Assembly: GCA_035537775.1 (NCBI GenBank)
Contig: DATLLQ010000230.1
Location: 1,845-65,844 of the forward strand
DNA from: Vicinamibacterales bacterium
GTDB taxonomy: Bacteria; Acidobacteriota; Vicinamibacteria; Vicinamibacterales; UBA2999
Direction of reading: 5' to 3'
DNA: 64,000 bases
Shown here: positions 28,016 through 36,613 of the stretch, one piece after another
How the letters are laid out: each line of letters starts with the position of its first letter
Position numbering within the stretch: position 1 is the first letter of the stretch
Notes under the pieces: model-generated
The model's database searches: none
Told to the model about the DNA's origin: nothing
What the model saw: the letters and a program-made list of their open reading frames with translations, nothing else
Position numbers and translations under genes: made by a program

Positions 28016-28426
28016 TTAGTCCGTGCCGTCGCCAAAGAAGAGAAGAATGTTCTTGTCGCCGAGCTGGAGGTTTCTGATGAATCCAGCCGGGTTGCCGTTG
28101 CGCGCTGGAAGGACCGTTACCTTCAGGAGCTCGCCGGGCTTCATCGAGGTCTTGTTGATGCCCTCGCGGGTCAGCGTCTGGACGGAGGCAGTGGTGAGAA
28201 TCCAGTCAACCACCTTGCCCTTGATCTTCTTGTCCGGCACGGAGAGCTCGATGTTCGCGTGCGGATTCACAAAGTTCAACTTCTTGAGCCGTCCCTCGAG
28301 GACGATCTCCTTATTCAGGTCGTACACGCCCGCTACGGCATGATGGGCCTGCAGGACGGCGCCGGTGTACATGATGCCGGCCGCGAGGAATCCACACAGT
28401 ACGAGTCGAGCGGTTCGTGAGCTCAT
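28016..28426 (-). CDS. Small secreted protein (resembles what I recall as DUF6152; unverified)
   Basis: The ATG at 28426 has GGAG 8 nt upstream. The signal peptide ends LQA/HH. Motif HHAVAGVYDLNKEIVLEGRLKKLNFVNPH is shared with the N-domain of 13457..14590. Confidence 0.7.
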   Translation of the reverse strand: MSSRTARLVLCGFLAAGIMYTGAVLQAHHAVAGVYDLNKEIVLEGRLKKLNFVNPHANIELSVPDKKIKGKVVDWILTTASVQTLTREGINKTSMKPGELLKVTVLPARNGNPAGFIRNLQLGDKNILLFFGDGTD

Positions 28427-28508
28427 GGTTTTACTCCAATAGTGATAGCCGCCGGATAGTAGCAAGAGCCACCCCGGGCCGCAAGGCTACCACTCCCCGA
28501 AATTATTA

Positions 28509-28525
28509 GGAATTTGTTAAATTCC
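28509..28525. promoter_or_regulatory. AT-rich perfect palindrome in the intra-operon gap
   Basis: GGAATTT-GTT-AAATTCC (7-3-7), embedded in an AT-rich patch (gaaattattagg...). It lies about 83 nt upstream of the 28426 start in otherwise GC-rich DNA. Confidence 0.35.
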
Positions 28526-28536
28526 AATCCCGCCGA

Positions 28537-29922
28537 CTACTCCGCGGGCTCGATCTTGAGAATTACCGCGTCGGTCTCGTCGGTCGCCACGTAAAGAAGG
28601 CCGTCCCTGCCCTGCTTCACGTCCCGGATCCGTCGCCGCAGGTCACCCAGCAAGGTCTCCCGGCGCAGCTCCTCGTAGTTCCTGTTGATCAGGATTCGAT
28701 CCAGGCGCCCGGTGCCTGGAATCTCCCCGTAGCGCATGCCGCTGACGAAGACATCGCCCTTCCACTTCGGCAGCTTGTCACCCGTATAGAAGGTGATGCT
28801 CGACACGGCAATCGCGGGCATCCAGTAGATGACCGGGTCGCGAATCCCTTCCTTTGCGAACGGCCCCTGCCAGGGACCGCCGTAGGTGCGTCCGAGGCTG
28901 ACGAGCGGCCAACCGTAGTTGGCACCGGGCACGAGGACATTGACCTCGTCTCCGCCGTTCGGCCCGTTCTCGATCTGCCAGATCGCGCCGGTGATCGGGT
29001 GTTTCGCCATTCGCAGGAAGGTGCGATGGCCATGCGTGAAGATCTCGGGTCTCGCGTCGGCGCGGCCAACGAACGGGTTGTCCGGCGGAACCTTGCCCTC
29101 GTCGGTCAGGCGCAGGATTTTGCCGCCGAGCGTCTTGAGCGACTGCGTATCGCCTCCGCCGGACGCGACGTACAGCATGCCGTCGCCACCGAACACAATC
29201 GGACCGCCGCTGCCGCCCTCACCCACGAAGATGTCCTTCAGGTCAGTGAAGCTTTTGCCGTTCCACACCGCGCGCGCCACAGCCAGCGTCGTCTGCTGTC
29301 CACCGCCACGCCCGCCTCGTCCTCCGCCCGCGGCACCACGACCTGCACCACCAGCTCCGGCCGCACCCGCGGGAGCTTGAGCACCAGCGGCACCCGCCGG
29401 TGCGGGAGCAGCCGCCGCAGGGGCGGGTGCGGCAGCGGCGGCGCCGGCGGCAGGCGGCGCACCTCCCGCTCGACCGGCCGGGGCGCCAAGTGGCTTGGTG
29501 TAGCTGATGTACACGTAGCGATTCGTTTCGAAGTTGGGGTGCAGCGCCAGGTCCGTGCCCGACAGTCCTTGCGCCACGGCCACAGGCCCGCCGGTCACGG
29601 GCTCGACCTTCCCGTTCCGCACCGCCTTGATCGCGCCACCGCGTTCGGCAACGAGCATCGTGTCGTCAGACACCCACGCCATGCTCCAGGGGTTGTTGAA
29701 GCCGCGGGCGTAGACCGACACGCGAATGGTCTGTCCCTCCCCCGTCTCAAAGCGGACCGGAGAATCTGGCAGCGGCGGCGACTTGAGGCCCTGCGGTGCC
29801 CTGGGCGTATTGCCGTTCATCGGCACGTCCTGCTGGGCGAATAGAGCAGGCCCAAGGCCGAAGGCCAAAGGCCCAAGAAGGCCCAAAGAAGCAATGGCGA
29901 GACGACGGAAGGATCTGGTCAT
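28537..29922 (-). CDS. PQQ-dependent (soluble glucose/sorbosone-type) sugar dehydrogenase-like beta-propeller, secreted
   Basis: Signal peptide MTRSFRRLAIASLGLLGPLAFGLGPALFA. Family-like blocks FNNPWSMAWVSDDTMLVAERGG, LALHPNFETNRYVYISYT, ILRLTDEGKVPPDNPF, IFTHGHR and NGPNGGDEVNVLVPGANYGWP. It carries an Ala/Gly/Pro/Arg insertion of about 67 aa. Confidence 0.8.
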   Translation of the reverse strand: MTRSFRRLAIASLGLLGPLAFGLGPALFAQQDVPMNGNTPRAPQGLKSPPLPDSPVRFETGEGQTIRVSVYARGFNNPWSMAWVSDDTMLVAERGGAIKAVRNGKVEPVTGGPVAVAQGLSGTDLALHPNFETNRYVYISYTKPLGAPAGRAGGAPPAAGAAAAAPAPAAAAPAPAGAAGAQAPAGAAGAGGAGRGAAGGGRGGRGGGQQTTLAVARAVWNGKSFTDLKDIFVGEGGSGGPIVFGGDGMLYVASGGGDTQSLKTLGGKILRLTDEGKVPPDNPFVGRADARPEIFTHGHRTFLRMAKHPITGAIWQIENGPNGGDEVNVLVPGANYGWPLVSLGRTYGGPWQGPFAKEGIRDPVIYWMPAIAVSSITFYTGDKLPKWKGDVFVSGMRYGEIPGTGRLDRILINRNYEELRRETLLGDLRRRIRDVKQGRDGLLYVATDETDAVILKIEPAE

Positions 29923-30013
29923 GTCGATCTCCAGGATGAATGGACCCGCGGATTGTATCGCCAAGGGCATCGAGCCGCTCGGCCCTGGTCCGCCGACGAT
30001 ACAATTGGCGGCC

Positions 30014-31057
30014 GTGAAGAGAACACATCCGATCGCGATGCTTGGCGCCCTGCTGCTCGGCTGCGTCGTTGCCGGTGCGCAGGCGCCTCCTCAAGGCCAG
30101 GCGCAACCGCCGGCTGGACGCGGGCGCGGCGCGCCGGCTCCTGCGACGCGGATCGTCAGCTTCGAGGCGCAGCCGGCGACGATCAAGCCGGGCGAGTCAG
30201 TGCTTCTGGTCTGGCACATCGAGAACCCACCGTCCGCGACAGGATTCAACGGGTTTGGGACACTCGAACCCGGTGTCGGGCGTGTCGCGCCGCGTGGCTC
30301 GAGGCGCGTGACGCCCGCCGCGACGACGACCTACACGTTGAGCGCTGGCGCCGTGACGAAGACAGTGACGGTGACCGTCCCGGGCACGACACCCATCACG
30401 GCGGCTTCCGGCGCATCGGCGGGCGCGAGCTCAGCGATCCGGCGGACGCCCGACGGAAAGCCGGACTTCTCGGGCATCTATGGCTGGGGAAATCTGTTCG
30501 GCGCTCGAGGCGGCGGTGCGGCGCCGCCCGCGCTCAAGCCCGGAGCGGAGAAGTATCGAGTGAGCCGCGGTCCGCAAGACACCGGAGCGACGTCCGACTG
30601 CCTGCCGCTGATTCCGCCAAACTCATTCGGTGTGCCCTATGAGTTCCAGTTCATCCAGAACAAGGACTATCTCCTCATCCTGCACGAGTATCCCGGAACG
30701 TTCCGCATCGTTCCGCTCGATGGCGAACCGCATCAGGCCGATCCCGATCCGTCCTGGCTTGGCGATTCAGTCGGCCGATGGGATGGCGACACGCTGGTGA
30801 TCGACACGATCGGCTACAACGACAAGACCGAGATCAACGGGTATCGTCACAGCGAGGCATTGCACACGGTGGAGCGGCTCACGCGCGTCGCCGATGGTGT
30901 CGAGTACGAGCTCACCATCGACGACCCGAATGTCTTTGCCGCTCCCTGGAAGGTGAATCGCAGTTTCCGGTTCACCGACGCGCCGCAGAAGCGGATCTTC
31001 GAGTTCGTCTGCGAGAACAACCGCGATTACAAGGTGCTCTTCGGCGACAGGAAGTAA
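30014..31057 (+). CDS. Secreted paralogue of 26025..26930 with an extra N-terminal Ig-like domain
   Basis: GTG 30014 gives MKRTHPIAMLGALLLGCVVAGAQA. Ig-like segment IVSFEAQPATIKPGESVLLVWHIE...TYTLSAGAVTKTVTVTV. Then GKPDFSGIY, VGRWDGDTLVIDTIGY and HTVERLTR. Confidence 0.7.
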   Translation: MKRTHPIAMLGALLLGCVVAGAQAPPQGQAQPPAGRGRGAPAPATRIVSFEAQPATIKPGESVLLVWHIENPPSATGFNGFGTLEPGVGRVAPRGSRRVTPAATTTYTLSAGAVTKTVTVTVPGTTPITAASGASAGASSAIRRTPDGKPDFSGIYGWGNLFGARGGGAAPPALKPGAEKYRVSRGPQDTGATSDCLPLIPPNSFGVPYEFQFIQNKDYLLILHEYPGTFRIVPLDGEPHQADPDPSWLGDSVGRWDGDTLVIDTIGYNDKTEINGYRHSEALHTVERLTRVADGVEYELTIDDPNVFAAPWKVNRSFRFTDAPQKRIFEFVCENNRDYKVLFGDRK

Positions 31058-31059
31058 TC

Positions 31060-32088
31060 TCAACGCTCCAGACGATCGCGCAAGGAGACCAGCGCACCGG
31101 CCGCGGCCTCTTTCATCCGGCCTTCGATCGCCGCACGCTTCAAACCGTCGAACGTGCCGCCGAGCGTATCGAGCTCCGACCGTGTGACGTAGACGAGGTA
31201 CGACGACCCATCGCCTGAAGCGAAGAGCATCCACAGCGTGAGCTCTCCATTCAGGTAGCGCGAGGCATAAACCGTCGAGGACACGGTCAGGACAGCCGGA
31301 ACCTGTGGACCCGGCTCGGGTTGAAACGTCGTCAGGTGGGTGAGTACGACGACCGGCTTGTTGTTCACGATCACCTTGGACCAGTGGAGCGACGTCGCCT
31401 TGCCAGTCGTGTCTGTGAGCGGAAAGCGCTTCAGATACGCCGCCACGGCGGGGAGGTGCACGCGCAAATACGGCATCTGTTCGAGGATGTCCGAAAAGAC
31501 CGCGGCGGGTTGCACCGGGTTGGAGCGGTCGTGGTACTCGGGCAGCGCGGCGAGACCTCCCGATCGGTATTGTTTCAGCCTGGAAAGAATCACGTGTCGA
31601 AACGCATCCTGCACCGCCGCCGGTGACTCGGGACGCCGCGTGATGGCGCGCTGCAGATCGGAGATCTCGCCGTCGGCGAGGTTGAGCGCACACTTGCCGG
31701 GCCGGCAGACGCGAACCCGGTCGATGTCGCCTTGATCGAGCGTCAGCGGTGCGAGGTCAGCGGCTGTCGGAGGCTCGCTGAATCGCTCTGACACCAGCTC
31801 GTCACGCTTCACATAGCCGAGTGCGCTGGCGCCTGCCACCACCTCGTCGGCAGAGATGTCGACCGCGCACAGGGCGATGATGCTGATCTGTCTATTCGAA
31901 GCCGGAAGACCCTGTGTCACGACCCCACGGCGCGCTAGCGTGTCGCGATCCTGCCTCTCCACAGCGAACCAGGGCTCGAGGAAAGCCAACTCGTTCGTGT
32001 GGACGGTTGTCGCCCCGCGCGTTTGCCACGGTTCGAGCAGGCTCAACAGCGCCACACTTACAATCGTCCATCTCCAGGAGGGGGGCAT
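31060..32088 (-). CDS. Secreted hypothetical protein
   Basis: N-terminal hydrophobic segment WTIVSVALLSLLEPW and ordinary amino-acid composition, unlike the Arg/Pro-rich alternative frames. It starts 90 bp downstream of the molybdoenzyme large subunit on the same strand. Confidence 0.55.
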   Translation of the reverse strand: MPPSWRWTIVSVALLSLLEPWQTRGATTVHTNELAFLEPWFAVERQDRDTLARRGVVTQGLPASNRQISIIALCAVDISADEVVAGASALGYVKRDELVSERFSEPPTAADLAPLTLDQGDIDRVRVCRPGKCALNLADGEISDLQRAITRRPESPAAVQDAFRHVILSRLKQYRSGGLAALPEYHDRSNPVQPAAVFSDILEQMPYLRVHLPAVAAYLKRFPLTDTTGKATSLHWSKVIVNNKPVVVLTHLTTFQPEPGPQVPAVLTVSSTVYASRYLNGELTLWMLFASGDGSSYLVYVTRSELDTLGGTFDGLKRAAIEGRMKEAAAGALVSLRDRLER

Positions 32089-32178
32089 CGCGTTTCACTA
32101 AAGAGCAACGGCGATACCAACTCTCCTGGACTCCGACTGACGTGAAGCTCGTGCACCGTCGCCGTTGAGGTGCGGTCC

Positions 32179-34449
32179 TCACACGAGCTTTTGCTTCGAG
32201 AAGGGCATCTCGCGGAGGCGTTTCCCTGTCGCCGCGTAGATCGCGTTGGCCAGCGCCGCGATCACCGGCGGCACACCAGGCTCACCGACGCCGGTCGGCA
32301 GATCGCCGCTCTCCGCAAAGTGCACGTTCACCTGGATCGGCGCGTCGTTCATGCGCGCCACTCGGAAGCCGTCGAAGTTCTTCTGATCGATGCGGCCGTT
32401 CGTGGCCGTGATCTCGCCGAACATCGCCAGGCTCACGCCCATCACCGCCGCGCCTTCGAGCTGTGAACGCACGCGGTCGGGATTGATGACCACGCCAGGG
32501 TCCGCGACCATGTCGATGCGCGGGATCTTCAGCCGTCCCTGCCGATCGACTTCGACCTCGACGACCGACGCCACGTAGGAATTGAAACTGCGATGCGCGG
32601 CAATGCCCATGCCCCGGCCGTTGCCTGACGGACGCTTCGCCCAGTTCGACTTCTCTCCCGCGACCTCGAGGACCCGGCGCAGCCGCCGGCTGTCCACGGG
32701 GTACTTGTCGATCGGCGCGCCGTAATTCGTGTAGTCCACGCCCTGCGCCTTCAGATCGATCGCCTTGCCAGGGCCGAGCAGGTCGAGCAGGAACTCGAGC
32801 GGGTCGCGCTTCGCGGCGTGCGCCAGTTCGTCGGCGAAGCTGTGAAGCGCGAACGCGTGGAAGTTGTTGGAGACGGCGCGGAACCAGCCGATGCGCACGT
32901 GCGCACCGGCGCCGGCGTTCTCGGCCCGGATGTTGGGCACGTCGTAGGGACTGTCGTCGAGCCCCATGTTGAGCTCGAAGTTCATCGGCTCCGGCGCGCC
33001 GAACGTGGACGCAATCGGCGGGAACACCGAGCGCTTCAACCACGCCGTCGGACGTCCCTTCGCATCGACGGTCGCCTTGTGGTACACCGCCGCGTTCGTG
33101 TGGTAAAAGTCGTGACGAATATCGTCCTCACGCGTCCACACGACCTTCACCGGCTTCCCGAGTTTCTTCGCGAGGACCGCCGCCTCTGCCGCGTAGTCCG
33201 GCTTGCTCTTCCGCCCGAACCCGCCGCCGAGCAGCGTGACGTGACACGTGACGTCGCGCTTGTCGATGCCGAGTGCCGCGGCGACGGTCTCCTGGGCCGC
33301 CTGCGGATTCTGCGTCGGGCACCACACTTCGGCCTTGCCGTTTCTGAACTCCGCCACTGCCGCGGGCGGCTCCATCGACGCGTGCGCCGCCATCGGGGTG
33401 TAGTAGACCGCCTCGAGCGTCTTGCCGCCCTTGGCGAACTCGGCGTCTACGTTGCCGAGATTGCGGGCAACCTTTGCCGACTGCTTCACCCTCTCGATCA
33501 TCGCCGTCCTGAACGGAGCGCTCGTGAGCGTCGTGTTGGGGCCGTCGTTCCATTCGATCTTCAGCTGGCGGCGCCCCTGCAGCACCGACCAGGTGTTGCG
33601 GCCAATCACGGCAACGCCGCCGAGCGGCTGGAACAGCAGCGGCGGTTTCGGCGGGTCGAGGGTCTCGATTGACGTGACGCCCTTCACCGCGAGCGACGCC
33701 TTGCTGTCGATGCTCCGGATGGTGCCACCGACCACTGGTGGATGCTCAATCGACGCAAACACCATCCCGTCACGATGCACGTCGAGCCCGAACTGCGCCG
33801 TGCCCGTCACGATCGGCGTGAGGTCGTAGATTTCCGTTTCCTTGCCGACGAACTTCCAGTCGGCCTTCGGCTTGAACCGGAGAGTCTCCCTTGCCGGCAC
33901 TTGCAGCTTCGCCGCGGCGGGAACCAGCGCGCCATAGCCGACCCGCCGGCCGCTCCGCGCATGCACCACCTCGTGATTCGCCGTCGTCAGCTCACCGACA
34001 GGCACGTTCAGCTGCGCCGCGGCAGCGGTGATGAGCATCGTGCGGGCCGACGCGCCCGCCACGCGGAACGCATCGTAGAAGTCGCGGATCGACCGCGACC
34101 CGTCGGTGTTCTGATCGCCGTAGCGGGTGTCGCCGACGCCCTGCTCGATACGGCAGCGGCTCCAGTCGGCGTCCAGCTCGTCGGCGGCCACGAGCGGCAG
34201 CGACGTGCGGATGCCCGTGCCCATCTCCGATCGATGCGTGACGAGATACACGGTGCCGTCAGGCTCGATGCCGAGATAGACGCTGGGATGTAGAGCCGCG
34301 GTGTCGGCCTTCGTGTTCAGGATGGCGGCCGCCGGCGCCTGCGCGAACAGTTCCGCGGGCACGAGGCGTGCGGCGACGACGAACGCGCCGGTTGAGAAGA
34401 GGCCGCCGAGGAACTGCCGGCGATCGAGCGAGATGTTGTCGACACGCAT
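32179..34449 (-). CDS. Molybdopterin-binding oxidoreductase large subunit (IorB / aldehyde oxidase-xanthine dehydrogenase family), Tat-exported
   Basis: The ATG at 34449 overlaps the small-subunit stop (TGATG). Tat motif LDRRQFLGGLFSTGAFVVAA. It is about 756 aa of the a/b-hammerhead plus MoCo-binding type (GGGFGRKS, MGTGIRTSLP). Confidence 0.88.
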   Translation of the reverse strand: MRVDNISLDRRQFLGGLFSTGAFVVAARLVPAELFAQAPAAAILNTKADTAALHPSVYLGIEPDGTVYLVTHRSEMGTGIRTSLPLVAADELDADWSRCRIEQGVGDTRYGDQNTDGSRSIRDFYDAFRVAGASARTMLITAAAAQLNVPVGELTTANHEVVHARSGRRVGYGALVPAAAKLQVPARETLRFKPKADWKFVGKETEIYDLTPIVTGTAQFGLDVHRDGMVFASIEHPPVVGGTIRSIDSKASLAVKGVTSIETLDPPKPPLLFQPLGGVAVIGRNTWSVLQGRRQLKIEWNDGPNTTLTSAPFRTAMIERVKQSAKVARNLGNVDAEFAKGGKTLEAVYYTPMAAHASMEPPAAVAEFRNGKAEVWCPTQNPQAAQETVAAALGIDKRDVTCHVTLLGGGFGRKSKPDYAAEAAVLAKKLGKPVKVVWTREDDIRHDFYHTNAAVYHKATVDAKGRPTAWLKRSVFPPIASTFGAPEPMNFELNMGLDDSPYDVPNIRAENAGAGAHVRIGWFRAVSNNFHAFALHSFADELAHAAKRDPLEFLLDLLGPGKAIDLKAQGVDYTNYGAPIDKYPVDSRRLRRVLEVAGEKSNWAKRPSGNGRGMGIAAHRSFNSYVASVVEVEVDRQGRLKIPRIDMVADPGVVINPDRVRSQLEGAAVMGVSLAMFGEITATNGRIDQKNFDGFRVARMNDAPIQVNVHFAESGDLPTGVGEPGVPPVIAALANAIYAATGKRLREMPFSKQKLV

Positions 34450-34904
34450 CACGCACGCTCCTTCGCCGCGGTCTTGATCGCGGCACGAATGCGTTGATAG
34501 GTGCCGCACCGGCAGACGTTGCCCGACATGGCGGAATCGATCTGCACATCCGTCGGATTGGGCGTCGTCTTCAGCAGCGCTGCGGCCTGCATGATCTGGC
34601 CGGACTGGCAGTAGCCGCACTGCGGGACGTCGTGCTGGATCCAGGCGCGCTGCACCGGGTGGAGCTTCCCGCCCTCGCCCAGCGCGTCGATCGTGAGCAC
34701 GGTCTTCGATTCGAGGGTGCCCATTTTCGTCTGGCAGGAGCGCACCGCCTGTCCGTTCACGTGCACCGTGCACGCGCCGCACAGGCCGGCCCCGCAGCCG
34801 AAGCGCGTGCCGGTCAGCCGCAGGTCGTCGCGGAGGTACCAGAGCAGCGGCATATCCGGATCGTCTTCGTAGTTCTGTGGTTTTCCGTTGACTGTCAGTC
34901 GCAT
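34449..34904 (-). CDS. [2Fe-2S]-binding small subunit (IorA-like)
   Basis: Plant-type and second cluster motifs [12 protein letters not shown] and [10 protein letters not shown]...NVCRCGTY. Confidence 0.9.
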   Translation of the reverse strand: MRLTVNGKPQNYEDDPDMPLLWYLRDDLRLTGTRFGCGAGLCGACTVHVNGQAVRSCQTKMGTLESKTVLTIDALGEGGKLHPVQRAWIQHDVPQCGYCQSGQIMQAAALLKTTPNPTDVQIDSAMSGNVCRCGTYQRIRAAIKTAAKERA

Positions 34905-34956
34905 GATGGGGATCCTCTCGTCGGCAACGCATTATATTCCCCGGCAAAGGAGCGAG

Positions 34957-36456
34957 ATGAGGACTCCCCTGCTCGTCGCACTGGCTCTGGCCCTGGGATC
35001 CTGCTCATCGAAACCTGCGGTCGAATCGAAGCCCTCGGCCGACGTCATCGCCGCGCCCCGCATCTGGAACGACCGCGATCTCGCGGAGTGGGCGAACCCG
35101 GTCGCCGGTCTCGGCGTGCGGCCCGATCACCTCTCCGAAGCGGACTTCTACGCAAGCCGGCCTGCCGAATGGCTGCGAACGTACCCCGTGTATTTCCCCG
35201 GACGCGAACCTGCCGGCTACTGGGAGCGGCTGCAGGGCCTGAAGCCGGAACCGCTCATCACGCCGGAGGCACGAACGAAAGAGGGTTGGACGGCCGCCGG
35301 AAAACGTGTCTTCGAAGAAATGGACGTGCCGATCTTCCGCAGCCGCGATGCGGCGCTCATCGCGACTGTGCGGTCGAAAGAGGCATTCGAAAAGATGGGC
35401 GGGCACGCCCAGCCTGACGGACGGGTCCACTACCTTCGCTGGGTGCCCACGTCACAGGGGCTGGCGCTCGGCGTCAACGATTGCGCGTCGTGCCACACGC
35501 GGCAGCTGCCGGACGGGACGCAGCTGCATGGCGCGCAGGCCGCCGATGGCGGGGATGGTGTGCTCGGCGCGCTGGTGGCCGCCGGCGACGAGCGGTTCTT
35601 CGGCGAACCGCCGGCGATCGTCGCGTGGCGCAGCTTCGCCGTGCCATGGGTCGCGAATGACATCCACGAACAGCTGAAGTCGATGACCCCGGAGGCGTTG
35701 GCCAGCCTCACCACAACTCCGCCTGGAACGTTTGCGCGCTTCAACGGCAGTCCGTTTTTTCCAACACAGATCCCTGATCTGGCCGGCATCAAGGATCGCA
35801 AGTACATCGACCACACCGCCACGCATGTGTTGCGGGGTCCTGAGGACATCGCGCGATATGCGCTGCTCGTGACGTGCTGCGACCCTGCGGGATTCGGCCC
35901 CCACCAGATGCTGACACCGGGGCAGCGACAGGTCAGAGATCGGATGACGGACGAGTTGACCTTCGCGCTGGGGAACTACCTCTTTTCGCTGGAACCAGCG
36001 AAGAACCCCCAACCGCCGGATCCCCGCGCGGACGCCGGCAAGGAGATCTTCACGCGCGCAGGATGCGTCGGCTGCCACACACCACCGCTCTATACCAACA
36101 ACAAGCTGTCGCCGGTGAAGGGATTCACAGTGCCGGCCGATCATCCAAACCGCGCCGACATCCTCTCGATCTCGGTTGGTACCGACCCAGGTCTCGCGCT
36201 CAAGACACGAAAGGGCACCGGGCTGTACAAAGTGCCGTCGCTGCGCGGCGTCTGGTATCGGCGCATGCTCAGCCACGATGGCAGCGTCACGTCACTCGAA
36301 GAGTGGTTTGACCCGGCGCGCCTGCGCGACGACTACGTGCCGTCCGGTTTCAAGGGTTACAAGACCACACATCGTGCAGTGCCCGGGCACGAGTTCGGAC
36401 TTCGCCTGACGGCCGAGGACAAGGCGGCTCTCATCGCGTTCCTGCGGACCCTGTAA
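34957..36456 (+). CDS. Di-haem cytochrome c lipoprotein (bacterial CCP/MauG superfamily-like)
   Basis: The ATG at 34957 is preceded by AAAGGAG. Lipobox LALALGSC. Two CxxCH motifs (CASCH, CVGCH). YKVPSLRGVWYRRMLSHDGSVTSLEEWF resembles the CCP C-domain block. Confidence 0.75.
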   Translation: MRTPLLVALALALGSCSSKPAVESKPSADVIAAPRIWNDRDLAEWANPVAGLGVRPDHLSEADFYASRPAEWLRTYPVYFPGREPAGYWERLQGLKPEPLITPEARTKEGWTAAGKRVFEEMDVPIFRSRDAALIATVRSKEAFEKMGGHAQPDGRVHYLRWVPTSQGLALGVNDCASCHTRQLPDGTQLHGAQAADGGDGVLGALVAAGDERFFGEPPAIVAWRSFAVPWVANDIHEQLKSMTPEALASLTTTPPGTFARFNGSPFFPTQIPDLAGIKDRKYIDHTATHVLRGPEDIARYALLVTCCDPAGFGPHQMLTPGQRQVRDRMTDELTFALGNYLFSLEPAKNPQPPDPRADAGKEIFTRAGCVGCHTPPLYTNNKLSPVKGFTVPADHPNRADILSISVGTDPGLALKTRKGTGLYKVPSLRGVWYRRMLSHDGSVTSLEEWFDPARLRDDYVPSGFKGYKTTHRAVPGHEFGLRLTAEDKAALIAFLRTL

Positions 36457-36524
36457 ATCTGCGTTCGCGTCAATCCCCGCATCTCCTTGCCACGTCTGCC
36501 GATAAGACTGCTGTCGAAGCCCAG

Positions 36525-36545
36525 GTCCGGCTCCACAGGCCGGAC
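36525..36545 (+). terminator. Hairpin after the cytochrome gene
   Basis: gtccggc-tccacag-gccggac, about 70 nt after the stop. Confidence 0.3.
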
Positions 36546-36613
36546 ACTCGTTGCACACGTCTGCATGGGCTCTCGCACGGGCGCCGGGACACGACACAGC
36601 GGCGTGATGCGCC

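Noticed and set aside
27773-29493. GC-rich low-complexity stretches considered as tandem DNA repeats/VNTRs
   Set aside because: I could find no fixed repeat unit or period. They are in-frame Gly/Ala/Pro/Arg-coding tracts, so I discuss them at the protein level only.
32107-32167. 9-bp inverted repeat caacggcga … tcgccgttg downstream of the molybdoenzyme gene
   Set aside because: A loop of more than 40 nt makes a terminator or structured-RNA call unsupported without folding energetics or conservation.
34450-34947. Upstream extension making a 922-aa ORF (32179..34947)
   Set aside because: The extension overlaps the clearly real 2Fe-2S subunit gene in another frame and is Arg/Pro-rich. The Tat motif follows the ATG at 34449, which overlaps the small-subunit stop.
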